Assembly: GCA_001643675.2 (NCBI GenBank)
Contig: LSRY02000037.1
Location: 995,405-1,059,404 of the forward strand
Origin: Monocercomonoides exilis PA203
Taxonomy: Eukaryota; Protista; Preaxostyla
DNA length: 64,000 nt
Direction: 5' to 3'
Made by a program: the position numbers and the translations under genes. Each line of letters opens with the position of its first letter. Position 1 is the stretch's first letter. The notes below the pieces were generated by a model, which was given only the letters and a program-made list of their open reading frames with translations, made no database searches and was not told the DNA's origin. Of this stretch, positions 12,594-25,100 are shown in pieces.

Positions 12594-15500
12594 TGGTGTG
12601 TGCATAAACCCGCACATTTGCACAAACCCGCACAATTCTGTTCATAAAAAAGAAAAGTCACATTAGAATTGACTTCACATGTCAAATTCAAAAAATTATC
12701 TAAAATTGATTGAATATAATATTTTTTCAATATTTATCGATTCTGTTATGGTTGTTTTTCCCATATCTTTATATAGTATCTTCAAAAATATCGTTTTCAA
12801 CACTCAATTATCAATTTTCTTATATGGATGAAATGAAAAAAGAAAAGATAATCATTAACAAATCTCAACGCAATAGTTATTATTGTCAACAAAGAGCTAT
12901 AAGGATGAGATTAAAAGGAGAATTAGCTGGAATAAATGGAAGGCCAAGATACTTATCTACAGAAGAAGAAGAAAGATTGGAAGAAATTTTGCTTAATTGG
13001 GATGATTCTGTGACTCAGCCAACAATTAAAGACATTCCGAAACTGGTTTGTTATGGATTTTTTATTTTTTCCGTTAATCAACTTTTTTCAGGCAAGGAGT
13101 ATCAGAATACAAAGGTCAGAAAAGTCTGCAATATACATTGAAATGCCAAGCATGAGATGGGTGTATGGTTTTCTTTCCAGACATAAACAATTGAAAACCA
13201 TTCATCCCATTCGACTCGATCATGCTCGTCTTAGAGCTTCTTTAAAAAGCAATATTTTTTCATTTTTGATTCAACTACGTTCAATGATGCAAAGAAAAAA
13301 ATACCATCCTTCATTAATTTTTCAGTTGGATGAAACCAGCTGTCAATCTTCAGATAAAAGAGAAAACTTAAGAGTTGTATCGAATAAATGCTCATTCATT
13401 CCTTCTTTAAGAATACCTCCTCTTCATCACCTCACACTTCTTTTTATTGTCAAGGCTGATGGATGTCATCTTCCGACGCATCTTCTTTTACCTTTTAAAT
13501 ATGAAAAAGAAATAAAGGAACAATGGAGTGATGAAAGTTTTATTTTGCACTCATCAAAAAAAGGTTGGATGACAAAGGAGTTATTTGAAGAAATAATGTT
13601 GACAAATGTATTACCACATATTCAAAAGCAACGCAAAAATGTGATTAAAATGAATCGATATCTTCAAGAAAAGCAAGAACAAATAACTGGAAAAAGAAAA
13701 ACTAACAAAGAACAAGAATTTGAACAGTCAAGGAAAACATTTATCAATGAAAGAATACAAAAGGAATTAACTTCAATTACAAAAGCGGAAAAATTTTCGG
13801 AACAATATCCATCACTGACTCAAGAATCACAACAAATTTCTTCGCGAAATGAAAAAAACTTAAAGGATGATGAATCATTTTCGGATTCCAATTTCACTGA
13901 AACGCACAAAATGTCAAGTGGCCAAGCTTATGATGGCGTTTCAACTCCGAAGTCTGAAGACCAGAAATCAACAATTACTTCAATTTCAACTCAATGCGAA
14001 TCAATTGAACATCAATTATAGAATTTGGACGTTTCATCTCAGCATTCTCAACACACTTTGCCTTCAAATGATAAACAAATTAATACAGATGGAACAACAA
14101 ATGATTTATGCGAAGATTTTGTTTCTTCATTTCCAGAAGACAAGTTGAGTTCTTTTAGTATCTTGTTGAATGATGATAAATGCGAAGAATGTAATTGGTG
14201 GCTATATACTGAATCCCAGATACATGAATCAATCTATGAAGAATCTTGTTCGTCAGAGAAAAATGACTTCAAGTTGAAAGAAGAATCTAACGAAGTTCCA
14301 CCAGCACTCATAATACTAGATGGTCATTCATCAAGGCAGAATTTAAAACTGTGGCAACAATTTGCTTCAGAAAATGTTGATGTAATTGTGATTCCTGCCC
14401 ACATATCTCACATTTTACAACCGCTTGATCTTGGACCAAACGCTATCCTTAAACACCATCTCAAAAAAGTCAGAAATGAGCCATCAATCAAGAGAATGAA
14501 AAAAGAATTCTTACCTTTTGTTCGAGCCATAACAGATTGCGCTTATTATGCTCTTGCTCCAAAGACAATAAGAAACGGGTTTTTTGAGGCTGGAATAACA
14601 TCATTTTCGATCAAACATGTTCTCGATAAAACTCTTGATTCTTTACCACCTGAAGTGAAGCCTTCAAAAAGGACGAAACGCTGGTCGATTTCGGGCAAAT
14701 GCATCACAACAAAGGAGTTTCTGAATGAATGGGAGTTCCATGAAAAAGAAAAGGAATCAAAAACGTTTGATAAAGAATTACAACAGCAAACAAACAGCGA
14801 AGACAAAGTGGGAAGCGATAAGCGTTCAGATTGTGAAAAGAGTGAGTATCTTTCAAATAAAGAAACTTCTGAAAATACATGTTTCGAAAAATGCAATTCA
14901 CAAACTCAAACAAAAATAATCAATGATGCACACTCTAAGGAAGATGAAACAGAGCCAACAGATTCTCAAGAAGGGGAGGACAATGTGTTGGATGTGCCCT
15001 TGTTACGACGTTCAAAAAACAAAAGAGTCCATTCCTTTAATCATTCGTCAAGTTGCTCTGATGAAAGCCTATCCGAATGGAATAGTTCTGAAACGTCCTC
15101 ATTTTCCAGTCACGATTCTTTTGAACCAACTTCAAAAAAATCAAAATCAAATATCAGAAAAACGAAAATGAAAAAAAAGAGATATCGTGATGAAAGCGAG
15201 AAAGATTATGATAAGTTAGATAATGAAGAAGAAATAAGCGAAACGATCAGACAAACAATGGACAGAGGTGCCAAACCAAAATTGTACTCGACACGATCAA
15301 TCAAAACAATGACGAATAAATATTCTGACCAGTACGTTGTATTTGCTGACTCTGACGATGAAGAAGTTGAAAAAGAAATCAAATGAAAAAAACGAAAGAA
15401 TTATTAATTAACGTTAAAAAAAAGAATATCAATTCAGTTTTTTTTCACACATGAATTCTTCACATTTCCATTTTTTTGAAAAATAATTACTTCAGAAAAA

Positions 15501-16783
15501 TAGAAAATAACTTGACGTTATTAAAAAATATTACAAGAACAATAAAAAATCATTTCAAAGAATAGTCAAAATAATATAGAAGTATTTCACAAACTTTTAA
15601 ACATGCACTCAAACAGTCAACTGTCAAACGATACAATTTTTTGTTTGCGGATTGATAGTCTAAAAAGAAATAATAAAAGGACTATATTGAACATGACAAG
15701 TTGGAAAAATGAATGAGCGCTTTTGTTTCAAAAAATTTGAATATCAAAAATAATATCAGACCTTCGATTCAATATGCAACCTATATGTTTTCGGTTTTTG
15801 TTTTTTGTTTTTATGAATCCGAATTTCCATATAAGAAAGAGCATTCACTTTCTGTTTTTGAATGATTTTCCTTTTTTGTTCAAACAATACGTCATAATTG
15901 ATTGAATTTTCTCTTCGGTGGATCGAGAATATATTTCTATGATTTCTTGCGGGACACGAGAGCTAATAAAGAATAAATGAACAGATTATTCAATAAAAAA
16001 TTGATAAAATAATGCATAAATAAACAAACGTTTCTTTTTGATTATATTAATTACACAAATTGTGGAATAATTGTTTTTATAATTAAGATTAATTGTGAAA
16101 AGCAATATTAATTCATATTTAAATAAAGGCTTTAAATAATCAAACTCTCGAAATTAATATTTATTTAATGGGACAAAAACCATTATCCGCTCTGAAACTT
16201 ATCAAGAAAATGAAAACTGTTTGTTCTTTGTAATTTGATGTTATTCAAATTGAAACATATATTTTTTGAATCACTGTCATAGTTATTTATTCAAGCATGT
16301 TTCAATTTTTCAATTCATTGTTTATCTTTTTTGATATAATTGTTTTTCAGTTTTTTGGAAATAAACTTTTTATTCAAGTGTTCAGATGTGTAACTTTTGA
16401 ATAAAAATAATTAAATTAACATTTTCTGAGTTCTAATATTCCTATTTGCAGATTCTCAAATTTTTTTGCATTTTCACAAACAATTTATCATTTCATATGT
16501 TTTTTCGAATTGAATAATAAAATGTAAGACTGTGATAAACAAAATTTTGATTTTTGCAGGTTAAATTTCGATAATGAAAGAAAAACAAAAATTGAATGAA
16601 AACTTATTTCAAAAAACAAAAGATGATCATTTTTGAACAGTTAATTTTTTTAATGCTTTTGTTCTTTTCAAGAAATGAATCAACAACCAAATCAGATGCA
16701 ATTTCGTAATAAGATATTCTCAAACTTTCATTTAAACCCGAGTGTGCGGGTTTATGCAATTGTGCGGGTTTTGCACATCACTA
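12594..16783 (+). mobile_element. pogo/Tc1-mariner superfamily DNA transposon 1 (~4.2 kb)
   Basis: ~40 bp imperfect TIRs at 12594-12634 and 16743-16783, each holding two TGCA(T/C)AAACCCGCACA-type subrepeats; encloses a DDE transposase. TSD is ambiguous. Confidence 0.85.
12824..15386 (+). pseudogene. pogo-like (DDE_1-type) transposase with one in-frame TAG
   Basis: Exon 1 12824-13045, intron 13046-13091 (gtttgt..ttcag), exon 2 in frame. Motifs GRPRYLS, FQLDETS, GWMT, IILDGHSSR, HILQPLD. TAG at 14019-14021. Confidence 0.8.
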
Positions 16784-16796
16784 TAAGCAATGGGTA

Positions 16797-19301
16797 CAAT
16801 GAGTAAAAAACCGTTACAAAGTAAAAAACCCGGATTTTTTATTCAGCAACTGTGTCTTCAATTTCTTTCAATTTTTATTCAAGTGATATGTTTTTTTTAA
16901 TGCTGAAAGTGATAATTTATGATCGTCAAGAAAAAAGAAGAATTTAACATGGCATGCAAAGAAAATTATCATGTTTTTTCTGCGAATCAAAAATAATCGT
17001 GTGAAATGATGTTCCTCAAATTTCTATAGTTATAGAAGCCATATCTTTGATATATGAAAATTGTTGTGAACTTGACCAAAGCTATTTACTGTCCAACGCT
17101 CAGTCTTTTGCAACCGTTGTTTATTCTTATATATTTGTATGAATTGTGAATGATAAATAAAACAATTATTAATTAGCATTCAATCCAAAATATGCAATTA
17201 ATATAAAGTCATATATGTAAATATCATTCAAAAAAGAAGGAGAAAATATATGAATAAATAAGTATTTCCCAAACTAGTTAATGTTTCCATTGTTTCGTTA
17301 TCATCGTGTAGTATTTTGGATTTTTTGCTTCTTGACGGACAAGTTTCTTTTATGCTTTCATTTCGCTCATCAATCTGCCTTTCTTTTGATATGGCTTCAT
17401 CGTCTTCATAAATGAAGTCATCGTCGATTTTTTTCTTTCTTATTCGAGGGATTCTTTTTGATACTGATTTGTTTCTTGAAGGATGATCACGATCTTCGTC
17501 TGAGAAATTATAATCATCAGTTTGCGTGAATTCATCCCTATGGTGCTTTTCTTCAATTTTCATTTCATTTTGAACCTTTTTTGTTGATTTAACTTTGCGC
17601 TTTGGGGAAAAAGAACCAAACAATTCATTGTTAACTTCATCTGAAGAAATTGCTGAAGAAGATTTTGAAGGAGATCCACTTATTTTGGTGAGAACTTGCG
17701 AAGCTGCCAGTGGCCAGATTCCTGTGTTGAGAAATGCAGTTTTAATTACCGATGGAGTGGTCGCTGCAGCGATCGCCTCTGGTAAGACCTCAGCAAGTGC
17801 CTTTCTATATGAAGAAGATGAATCATCCATTGGAACTTTGAAATTATTGTATAATGTTCTTTTCAATTTGGCAAATATCACATTGTCACAGGGCTGGAGG
17901 AGATGGGTCATGTTAGGGGGAAATGTTTTTATGAAAATTCCGTTATTTTCAGCTTCTATGATGACTTCTGAACATGTATGTGTAGAATGATTGTCAAGAA
18001 GAAGAAGAGCCTTTTCGAAGATGTTGATTGTATTTTTTGATGAATGAGAGGAATCCAATTTTGAAGCATGATGATTTTGAAAATTTCAGTGGTAATCCAT
18101 CCTGAAGGCGCAGGAATATAATTTATATTAAAAAATATCAAATTAGAAAACTCTTCAGGCATTTTTTTCTTTGGATAAAGAAAAAAATGAGGAAGGCAGG
18201 AACCATCAGAACACACGCAAACGCAAAGAGTTGCGTTGGCAATTTTTCGAGGATCTGGAGGAGAAGGAGGGATCTGATCTTTCAAACAGATCACTAATTT
18301 TGAAGAACTTTCTCCGATTCTCACAGAAGATTCGTCAAAATTAAAAATATTGGAAACTTCGATATTGTTTCCTTCTACGATTTCTTTCACTTCTATAAAC
18401 CAATTAGTCACATTTTCAGGGCTCTGTGACCGAATTTTTGCAATTTCAAGTGGTCTCGCCAAGGCCGCCTTTAAAATAGAGCTTCTTTGAACCAAATAAT
18501 AAGATAATTTCGGATGGAGTTTCTCGTTTTCTTCTTCATTTGTTGATTCTGCGTCCAACATTTTTATTGCCTATTTAAATAAAGATCAAAATTAATCAGA
18601 TAAAAAAATTGAAAACCATTTCCTGTATGTGCTTCATTCGAACAACAACTCCTTCAGATAATAAAGACAAGACCTGATTTTCGATTTTTTCCAGTTTCTC
18701 AGAATTAATAAGCGATGTTCTTCCTTCTTTTCCAACATCTCTGTTTTTCTTTTCTGCTGTTTTGCCTCTGTACCAAGCCTGCCTTGTAATTACTTTCGCT
18801 TTGACCGCCACGTTCACTGTCAATGGATATGTTTTCTTGATTTCAAAAATTTTCCTCGATCTGGAATGGATTGTGCGGTATTCTCTTGTAGCAGCAATCC
18901 TAAGAAGTTCTTCTGAAGCAATTGATTTCTTTTCCATCACAAAAAAGGGAACGATCAAAATGATCAAAATTGAAAAAATATTGTTTGAAAGGCTATTCAA
19001 TCAAACTAACAAATGGCAGTTCAAGTGATGGAATGATAATTTTTTTTTAAATATATTTGCTAAATTTTATCTTGAATTTTCAACAACATATAAAGAATAT
19101 TAATCAATCATTCTATCAAGTGAACAACACTTGTTGAGAAGAAATACATCGTAATAATTAGAAAAATTTGAACTTTTCAACTAAAATTGTTTCATCAGTC
19201 AATAATCAGTTTAAACAAAGCTAATGTTTTGATGAAAGAAAAATTTTCTTTTTTTTAAAGTCCCGGTTTTTTTAACTTTGCACCGGGTTTTTTACTCATT
19301 G
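16797..19301 (-). mobile_element. pogo-like DNA transposon 2 (~2.5 kb)
   Basis: TIRs beginning CAATGAGTAAAAAACC at both ends; TA duplication at 16795-96 and 19302-03. Confidence 0.92.
17228..18937 (-). CDS. pogo-like DDE transposase; one frameshift at ~18012 (possibly an assembly error)
   Basis: ATG 18937, intron 18616-18571. Motifs FNFDESS, SGWIT, then in the shifted frame LLLDNHSTH and THLLQPCD. Confidence 0.8.
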
Positions 19302-19952
19302 TAAGTGGGCAGATAACGACCGGTCAAACTTTACGATTTGTATGTTTTCATATTTTTAGACTATTACAAATGAATGTAATTATGATATTTCTATTGTGGC
19401 TTTCGAATTACAGTGATTCAAAGCTGAAAAAACCTATCTTTAAAATCCAAACGGAGTATATATTAAAAAAACTTCCCCACTTAAATAAAAAAACCCTCAT
19501 CATATGATTAAATTTAAAATTTTCGTTAACATAACCCTTATAAATACATTGACAATGGATAAATCTTTATTTCCAATAAAAACCTTAAAAAAAATTTCTC
19601 TCTTAATTATCTTAGGGGTTTGATCATTAATTTTTAATAACAACTGCTTTTTAAATACAGAAAATTTTCAGTTTTTTTTCGAATGTTTCTCCTATTTGAG
19701 AATTTTAACATCTGAAAAGAAGTTTTTCAAGGTCAATAGTTCTTCTTTTGGACAATTTTTATACCGGTCGCTATGTACCCTCTCACCAAGCAATGATTTT
19801 TAATCTTCACAACTTTCATTTTTCAAATCATCTTAACCTTTCATGAAAATATTTTTGAACAAACATTTAAATAGTTGTGTTCAAAACACTCACTTTTGCC
19901 AGAACCTTCAAACATGACATTTTCTTTCGAAATACTCATTTTCATTCATATA

Positions 19953-20155
19953 CTTGAAAGAGTTTTGCATTTCGATTCGAACAGAAACTTTTATTTGTTT
20001 AATATTTTGTATTTCGATTGAAAAATCTGAAACAAAAAATATTCATCTTTTATAATCTTTTTAAATAATTTTTTGATTCAGATTTTTCAATCAAAATACA
20101 AAATATTTAACAAATAAAAGTTTCTGTTCGAATCAAAATGCAAAACTCTTTCAAG
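19953..20155. repeat. Long hairpin: 88-bp arms, 27-nt loop
   Basis: 19953-20040 versus 20068-20155, about 4 mismatches. Confidence 0.93.
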
Positions 20156-20232
20156 CAGCGTCGTGTTTTTTATTCAAAACGATTCAATAATTCATAATTA
20201 TCTTATTCGATCATTTATTTTGTGATATTTAT

Positions 20233-21690
20233 TTATTTCTGTCTTTTTTCCATTTCTCTTTTTTGAAGTGCAAAAAAAAAACTTGGACTTGTTAACCATT
20301 TAAAAGGAACTTCAAATTCTCCTGTCCTAATCCCATCTGGATACTTAGGGTCTTCTGTATCATCAGAAACATACGGATTTGAAATCAAGATTTCTGGATT
20401 GATTGGGAACAATCCAGTTGTCCTGAATGCGTTCTCCTTGTTAAGAAATGATGTTGCCGTCTTTTCTGCATCAATTGCACACTCAACGATTAATTTTCTT
20501 CTGTCAGCGGCTTTCATTTTTTGTCCATCATTGTGCTCCTCCACCCACTTAATTTTCCTTCTCCTCATCAGCTTTCTGAATGCGTTTCGAAGAGGACAAG
20601 CAATTCCAACATCAAAAGGTTGCATTATGTGAGTCAAATTTCCATGCAGAGTGAACACAAAAATAAAATAATGTTCAAATAATACCAACGCTGAAGGGCA
20701 AAGGCGAGATGGATGACTATCAAGAATGAAAAAAACAGGAGAATTGAGTGGAATAACTCCAAGCGACCTGCAAATTGTTATCCATGAGCAGAAATGAACA
20801 GCATAACTGTAGAAAGCATTTCTGTCCATCCATCCTGATGCATTAACGTGAATTTCGCATGAACCTGCTTTTTTGTACTCCAAAAGTTCAGGAGGAACCA
20901 TTTTCAATGCAGAAATAATGATAAACGGTGGAGGAGCTATGCAAGATGGTCCAATGGTGGTCATTATTGATATATGATAATATGTGTGATCTTCTGAGGA
21001 AGCAGGTGCTCTTTTGGCTTCGGCAGGTACGATTAATTTTTGGAAAGAACAAAAATCAGCATTCCATTCGTCTGCGTTAAATATATTAAGCTTGTTGACA
21101 GATGGCTTGATATCTTTGTTAAACATAAAATTGAACCATGCTCTGATGTTTGACATGAATGCTGAGTTCAATTTGGCTGGGGTGATATTAGATGGAGAGA
21201 GAACTTTCAGCTTGTGCTTCGAAATAAATCCTGAGACATATGCTGGAGAAGGTGGCACAAGTTGTTTATCAAAATGCTTGATAACAGGACTAAGTCCAAA
21301 GTGAAGAGACATCCTTAATGATTTCAAATTTTGTCTTTGCATTTCCGAATAAATGATTTCACTTAATTCTTGTGTTGTTATTCCATCATGTTGTTGATAT
21401 TTTTCATGAACAATATTCAGCACCTTTTCTTCACCCTCGAAGTTTAGCAAACTAGGCCTTGTGTGAACTTCCTTTTCGTTCCAAGTTTGTCCGGCGCAAT
21501 AACATCTCACAGCGCTATAAATTTTTTGTGTCGTAATGTTTAACGCTTCTGATATCAAACAAACCTTCTGTGGAAAAGCATCAAGAGCAGCAATAACTTT
21601 TTCGAATAATGAATTGGCGTTTCTAACTTCAAACGTAAGTTTTACGTCTCGAAGTTTTTGTTCTCGTGATATTTTTTCAATCTTTGTATC
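20233..21690 (-). CDS. pogo-like DDE transposase, uninterrupted main exon
   Basis: IFNADEW, SGWMD, FILDSHPSR, THIMQPFDVG, AFRTTGLFP. The frame stays open to ~21690; first exon not resolved. Confidence 0.85.
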   Translation of the reverse strand, partial: DTKIEKISREQKLRDVKLTFEVRNANSLFEKVIAALDAFPQKVCLISEALNITTQKIYSAVRCYCAGQTWNEKEVHTRPSLLNFEGEEKVLNIVHEKYQQHDGITTQELSEIIYSEMQRQNLKSLRMSLHFGLSPVIKHFDKQLVPPSPAYVSGFISKHKLKVLSPSNITPAKLNSAFMSNIRAWFNFMFNKDIKPSVNKLNIFNADEWNADFCSFQKLIVPAEAKRAPASSEDHTYYHISIMTTIGPSCIAPPPFIIISALKMVPPELLEYKKAGSCEIHVNASGWMDRNAFYSYAVHFCSWITICRSLGVIPLNSPVFFILDSHPSRLCPSALVLFEHYFIFVFTLHGNLTHIMQPFDVGIACPLRNAFRKLMRRRKIKWVEEHNDGQKMKAADRRKLIVECAIDAEKTATSFLNKENAFRTTGLFPINPEILISNPYVSDDTEDPKYPDGIRTGEFEVPFKWLTSPSFFFALQKREMEKRQK

Positions 21691-22111
21691 TTTTTAATAA
21701 AAAAATAATGAACAATCAGAAGCTGATAATTGACCAAAATAGACCACTTTGGATTTATAAAATATTTTGGGAAAAAAAATCACCGCTATATGAATGAAGA
21801 TGAGTATTTCGAAAAAAACTTCATGCTTGTTGGTTCTTGCATAAGTGCGTGTTTTGAACACAACTATAACATGGTTCGAAATTATGGTAATCATAAAAAA
21901 TAATTGAGATTTGTTCCAAAGTTCTTTTGAGATTAAATAAAAGAAAAAATTCCATTTCAAAGCAAAGATAATAAGAACAATTATTAATTAAGGAAGACAT
22001 TCGTGTGTTCACCAAAAATTATTCAAATGGAATAAGCATCATTCAAAGCAGAATTTTAATATCAAATAATAAAATGTTCAAGAAAGAGAATCCAAGTGAG
22101 GGAAAAAAGTC

Positions 22112-25100
22112 TTTCTAATATTTTTGAAAACATTTTTGGAGAAGTTTGCGTTGTTGTTGAATACAAATTTTGAAAAATTCGTTTCGAAAAAAAAAATCTC
22201 AGAAACAAACTCGAATAAAAGAAAATTGAATTATTTCATTTGAAAATATGTTTGCAAGGATAAAAATTAAAAATGAAAAAGAAAATCCAATATTTATTAT
22301 TCTTCATTGGATTTGAAAACAAGTGAAACTTTTCTTTATAGATTTATTCGTGAAATAGTGTCCTTTTTATTGACATGAAAGAAAATAGTTTCAAAAAAAA
22401 ATTACAGAATTTATTTCAAATACAAATTTTCCAATTGTTCCAAATGATTCTTAAAAATACATCTTTAAAAAGATGATAAATTATAAACATAACCAATATT
22501 ATTTATATTAAAATAACGAAAGTGTTTTTCTTTAAAAATAATTTTGTCAACTTTTTGAAAATTTGAAGTTTTTCAAACTTTCGACTTTGCTTTAAAGCTT
22601 GTCGATCAAGGTGATTATTGTTGAAATCATAACTAATATCGGAGTGTTGATTCTGCAAATATTCTATTTATTTGGAGACTAGTTATGTATTCAAAAGAAA
22701 AAAAAACAATAAATGTAAAAAATCAGGTTGTTTGAGATTTTATTCATGAAAAAATATTTTTGTTGCGAGTTTTAAACTTTTCTGAGTTCATTTTTCAACA
22801 TTCAAAATGGTTTCAAAAATCGAACTTTTTGATTGTTAAAAAATGATTTCAAAAAATCATCACCCATTTTGATTGGAGTGTTCAGTCAACTTCTTCCAAG
22901 ATTATTTTTCTTTTCAGGTGCAAAGACTGGTTAAAATTAAAGAGAAGAAGAAATTTTTGATGTTCGCTTGGAGAAAAAAAAACGTTTGAATTTTTCATTC
23001 AGACTGACAGTCAAAATGATTTTCCGAAATGTGAAATATTAGAGGTGGAATATTGAAATGTTTGTTGGAAGAAAATGAAAAAGAGAGGAGATCTGAAGAA
23101 GGGAAATCAAGCGAAGAGAAATATTTCTCCTTCTCCTCAAATACTCCAATTTCATTCCCAAATAAAACGCTCTCAGTTTCATTTCCTCCTTCAATCTCAT
23201 CAAAAGAAGTTTCTGTTTTGTTTTCGGATGCAATTTCTTCGTCCGATTGAATCATCGTTTTTCCAGAACTCATGATGAATAGCACATTCATTTCATGCTT
23301 CTTCAACAGATAAGATTTGAAAGTGCATGTCAAATGCTTCATTTTGAGCTCCCTCAATTCTCTCAATTTCTCAGAAAATAAACAAAAACCAGCAAATTAA
23401 ACAACAAATAATAAATTGTCTGATATTCTGAAATGAAAAGTCAAGTTTTGATAAAAGGGGTCAAACAATTCTCCAATTGCACGGAAACAAAACAAGTTCA
23501 TTCAAATTTTAAAATCATATTCTTCTTTCTTCTGTTGTTCAAAAAAATGAATAAAAAACAAAAATGAATTGGATACAAAAATTTAGATGCTGACTTCACA
23601 TTTGTGTGCGAAACAAAATAAAGCATGGAATTGCATTCCAATTAAAAAATTAATAACAAATACATAATAATCGTGATAATTGAAATATAAAAGATAAAAT
23701 CAAAAGATTAAAAAAATACTATGATTTACACAAATAAATCTTTTATTAAATTGAAAAATAAATAAATAAATAAATAAATAAATAAATTATCTCTAATAGA
23801 ATTGCTAATCTCAATTCTACTCCTGGGTGCTCATTTCTATTTCTTTGTTTTCATCTTTGCTTCCCTCTTTCTCTCCGTCTTTGTTGCTTTTGGTCTTCCT
23901 TTTCTTGACAACCATCAAAACAACCACAACCACAACCACTGCAACAACAACAACAACAACTATCGGAACCACAATCGCAACAACAGTTCCTGCATTTGGT
24001 TTCTTCTTGCCTTCTGGAGCAGGTTCTTCCTTACTCTTCAAATGCTTTTCATATGCATCCTCTGGATCAGATTCTTCATCTTTTGCTCCCATAATCCAGC
24101 CAGCTGCTGATTCATCAAAATCTTTCGCAAACTCAAATGCATCGTCCTGTTTGCAGAACTCATCAAAATCAGGTGCAGCAATGAATATTGATCTTGCTGT
24201 TGAATTAGCTGTGTTTGAGCCATCAATCTCAAGATTGTTTGTCGAAGGAAGTTGAAGATTTGATGCTGCCTTTGGCATTTTAATGAACATTGCCCCTGCT
24301 TTCCCATTTGGCGCTGTGCATGACTTGAATGTGCATTTGCTGTTTCTTCCAATCGCAACTGTCGACTCTTCCGAAGTTAAAGAAATCTCCAACCCAGCCA
24401 CTTTTCCATTTTCTGAATTCACTCCATTCATGCTCAGCCCTTCAATGCTAACTTCTGAAGGTGTGCTGCCTTCATTCTTAATAGTAATCGCTGCTCCATT
24501 TTGAACATTCACGTTGCTGATCTCCACTCCATTCAACGAAGCCGAACTCACACTGCTGAAAGAAAATGGCGATGAAGAAAACGAAACTGTGCTGCTGCTA
24601 TCTGTGCATGAAACTGTGTTCATTGCAACTTTCCCTCCAACAACACTCACAAGACTGCCAACAACAACATCACCCCCATCTGCATTTATCGCCATTTTCT
24701 CTGGCGATTGGGCTCCAATTCTGACAAATTTGCAATTGCTGATGGTGAGTGATGCTGACTTTTCATTTCCATGAATCAAAGAATTCCATTTTTTTTCATA
24801 AGTGGGAAAGTTAAATGCCAAAGACTTGAATTCCACCTTTTGTTCGCATGTAAATAAATCAGATGATGCACCAACAGCACAATCAATAGCCACTTCTGCA
24901 TTTCCATTTCCATCACTGTTCACTCCTTCAATGGTTATTCCCTTTTCGTTGCTAATTGTCATTTCTTCTGCTGTAAACTGGCTTTCGTCTTTTACAATCT
25001 CGATGAAGTATCCTTCAGAACAAAGAACTTCATCTAGTTTATCAAATGCTTCTTTCAATAAACTCAATGGTGAAGAACTTGTCAATCCGTCTCCTGTTCC

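Larger units (their letters stand above)
16793..19787. mobile_element. Merlin-type non-autonomous element (~490 bp MITE) interrupted by transposon 2
   Basis: 8-bp TSD AAGCAATG at 16785-16792 and 19788-19795. The reconstituted left TIR GGTAAGTGGGCAGATAACGACCGGT matches the right TIR (19763-19787) at 20/25; GG..CC ends. Confidence 0.8.
19871..21868 (-). mobile_element. pogo-like DNA transposon 3 bounded by long imperfect inverted repeats
   Basis: 19871-19952 is the imperfect reverse complement of 21788-21868 (atagttgtgttcaaaacac.cactt.tgc.agaacc...ttcgaaatactcat.ttcattcatata); weaker similarity extends outward. True ends not resolved. Confidence 0.65.

Noticed and set aside
12594-12634. Short direct repeats as a CRISPR-like array
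   Set aside because: Only two units, and they are TIR subrepeats mirrored at 16743-16783.
14019-14021. TAR=Gln genetic code for the host
   Set aside because: Both surface genes end in TAG at the same position before AT-rich UTRs, and long ORFs are open in the standard code.
22995-23366. 123 aa ORF inside duplication B
   Set aside because: Frameshifted in the second copy (54255-54627) and has no recognisable features.
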